A stretch of DNA of 62,898 nt, filler included, from Globobulimina sp. (Eukaryota), in assembly GCA_003354225.1 (NCBI GenBank). It is 29 parts of 29 records of this genome, joined end to end, with 100 filler letters (N's around TTAATTAATTAA, not from the genome) between each part and the next. Parts side by side here need not be neighbours in the genome. Positions count along the whole stretch, not along the records: positions 60,828 to 62,898 come from PIVH01009249.1; 28 more parts are not named here. One strand, given 5' to 3'. The notes beneath the pieces were generated by a model. The model searched no databases, had not been told where the DNA came from, and saw only the letters and a list, made by a program, of their open reading frames with translations. A program made the translations under genes and the position numbers. Within the stretch, counting starts at the first letter, position 1. Each line of letters starts with the position of its first letter. Shown here in pieces: positions 60,828 through 62,898 of this stretch.

Positions 60828-62871
60828 GCAAAAAATAACCAAATAGTTCTTTATTTGTTAATGATAATTCCAATTGTTTTTGATTAATAAACATCAAATC
60901 CAAATGCTCTGAACTAGCAGAAAAATAGGAATTAATCGTATTATTAAACATTTTTTGAAAATAGTCATCATTTTGCCTTTTCATAACATAATTTTTCGAA
61001 AATTTAAGCATCATTAATTGAACATCATTTGCTGGTTGCTTCAAAAAAATGTTTCCTCTCAATATTAATTCTAACAATTCGAAACTAGAAATAATGGCAG
61101 AATTAGATTCTCCATTCATTATAATATCAACTATTTTCACCGAGGAAGAAACAAATAATCTTTCCCGTTCATATGGATAATGTGATAACTTCTCGACATT
61201 AAAATACATGCTTAAGTTTTGCTGACCAGACGAAATTGCTTGTAATTTGAGAATGATTCCAGTATTCGTTGCAAAATTATTAGCCACAGTCAGAGATAGC
61301 GTGGTGGATAAAGGACAGCTAAACATTGCTCTAAAACCATCAAATAACAATGGATAATCAACTCCGCAATAAAATGATTCGCCGGCTTTCATAGTTTCGC
61401 CATAAAATACTGTACATTCAAACAGATATTTTCTCCAATTTGCAACAAATGAATGTCTTTCATTTAATTGTTTGTTACTTTCATTTTTGTTTCGTTTCCT
61501 ACAATGTTTTTTAAATTCTCTTTGTAGCGCATCATTGTTACAATATGTCAACAAGCAAATAATATGATTGATACTTAAATTTGAGCCTTCTTCAATTCCA
61601 AAGTCTATATTGTCTGCACCGCGCCACTTAGATTTACTATTTTTAAAATGTGGAGAGCATTTAAAACGATATGCTTCAATGAAATAATCCAAATATTCTT
61701 CATTGCTAATTTTAAAATATGGATTTTCCAATAATTCTTCTTTTAACGTGCTATATTTCAGAACGATAAAATGTGGAACACGGCCACGCAAATTACTAAA
61801 ACAGTCATTATATACAAAATTTTCACCAAATGCAAAATGTTCATTGATAGTATCATTGCTTTGCGGGTCATCGATATCACTCTCTTCAAAACTAGTATTG
61901 ATGACAAATTTGGACGTAACTCTCTTTTGAGTCTTTTCATCAATTCGACCAATTCGATGTTGATTTGCAGTCAAATTGTTCGGTGCTCGTGAACGAGCTC
62001 GAAGCAATTTACACTTTTTTTTATGTTTTTTCCAATGTGCGGACTGACACTGCGAATTGCAATAATATACCACTTTACATCCACTGCATCGTTGTGATAC
62101 GTCGTTTTTTGAACAATTACCACATTGTCGGCTGTCTGTTTTTTGTTTCTGTTCAATATTCTCTTTTTGCTGACGTACGCGTTTGTTATCACATATATCG
62201 TTTTGATTTCTGATATTTAGTGGTTGTTGATCTTTAGCATCATATGCATGTTTATTTTCATTTTCATGTAATACTTCATCATAAACACTGATAATCTTCA
62301 TCGATTTTTCATTGATAATCTCATGCAAATGGCAGAAAAATTCCATTCTGTTATTATTAGATTTCGTTAAGAATTTCAAATCATGATTAGTAGATTTCGA
62401 CATTATTCGAATTCCGTATTTAAATAAAGTCTCACCTTTGGCAGCTGAAGGCGTAGATATTAGTTCAATGCGTTCGTAATTTGACAAATCAATAATTTTA
62501 TCCCTGTAACGAATTTCGAATTGGTTATTTTTTGTACTCTTGATTTTGATTAACGAAATATCACACAATAAAAATGTATCATTGTTTTGGTTTTGAGCTA
62601 AACACATTGCTGAAGCTGTGAATATATTTATTATGTTGTCATTATCGTTGAAATTGGTATTGGTATTGTCCTTATGTTTAATCCTAATACGACTTGATAA
62701 TAACTTAAACCATTTGCGTCTTTCTTTACTATCTGAATATAGATAATCAGTTTCATTGCCATTTTTTTTAAATAATCTAATACCAAACCACAAAAAATCA
62801 TTCTGTCCAGTACCAACATGTGATTCTTCAGCTTTATCAAAACGTGATAAATTAATTGCATCGAATGGCAT
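60828..62871 (-). CDS. PH-like domains - MYND zinc finger - ART-like domain protein, partial
   Basis: C..C......RCSGCK.VYYC...CQ..HW..HK..C (MYND); FYCG, CPLSTT, SHYPYERERLF. Confidence 0.8.
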
Positions 62872-62898
62872 TGCTGTAGTATTTGAATGATAAAAATA

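Noticed and set aside
1-62898. Operon or cluster interpretations spanning contigs (e.g. all Polinton genes as one element)
   Set aside because: Contigs are ordered by length, so adjacency across linkers carries no information.

Overview
This window is not a contiguous locus. It is 29 unrelated contigs of 2071-2074 nt, sorted by length and joined by artificial 100-nt linkers (N44-TTAATTAATTAA-N44), so gene neighbourhood only has meaning inside a contig. Most contigs come from an AT-rich, gene-dense microbial eukaryote using the standard code, with short (~45-90 nt) GT-AG introns. Its gene families (7TM-RGS, SPRY-coiled-coil-SAM, an expanded ART-like family, DNAAF5) suggest a rhizarian or foraminifer; this assignment is inference. 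Mixed in are three Polinton/adintovirus-like viral fragments (packaging ATPase cluster; integrase plus Bcl-2; protein-primed DNA polymerase B), an LTR-retrotransposon gag, and bacterial fragments (Tn3 tnpA, sucrose-phosphate synthase, ftsN-hslV). The bacterial pieces are fused mid-gene to other DNA, as expected for whole-genome-amplification chimeras. The most striking signal lies at 11009-11559, next to the Polinton ATPase cluster: a complete hammerhead ribozyme core split between two separate hairpin loops about 490 nt apart. The halves pair perfectly by a loop-loop interaction, a topology that fits none of the canonical types I, II or III. Other highlights are a viral Bcl-2 ending in a CaaX box, a Hint(BIL)-ubiquitin-RanBP2 fusion, a bacterial-type TMA monooxygenase and a sulfatase lacking its catalytic Cys. 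All protein family calls are by motif recognition; no database search was run.
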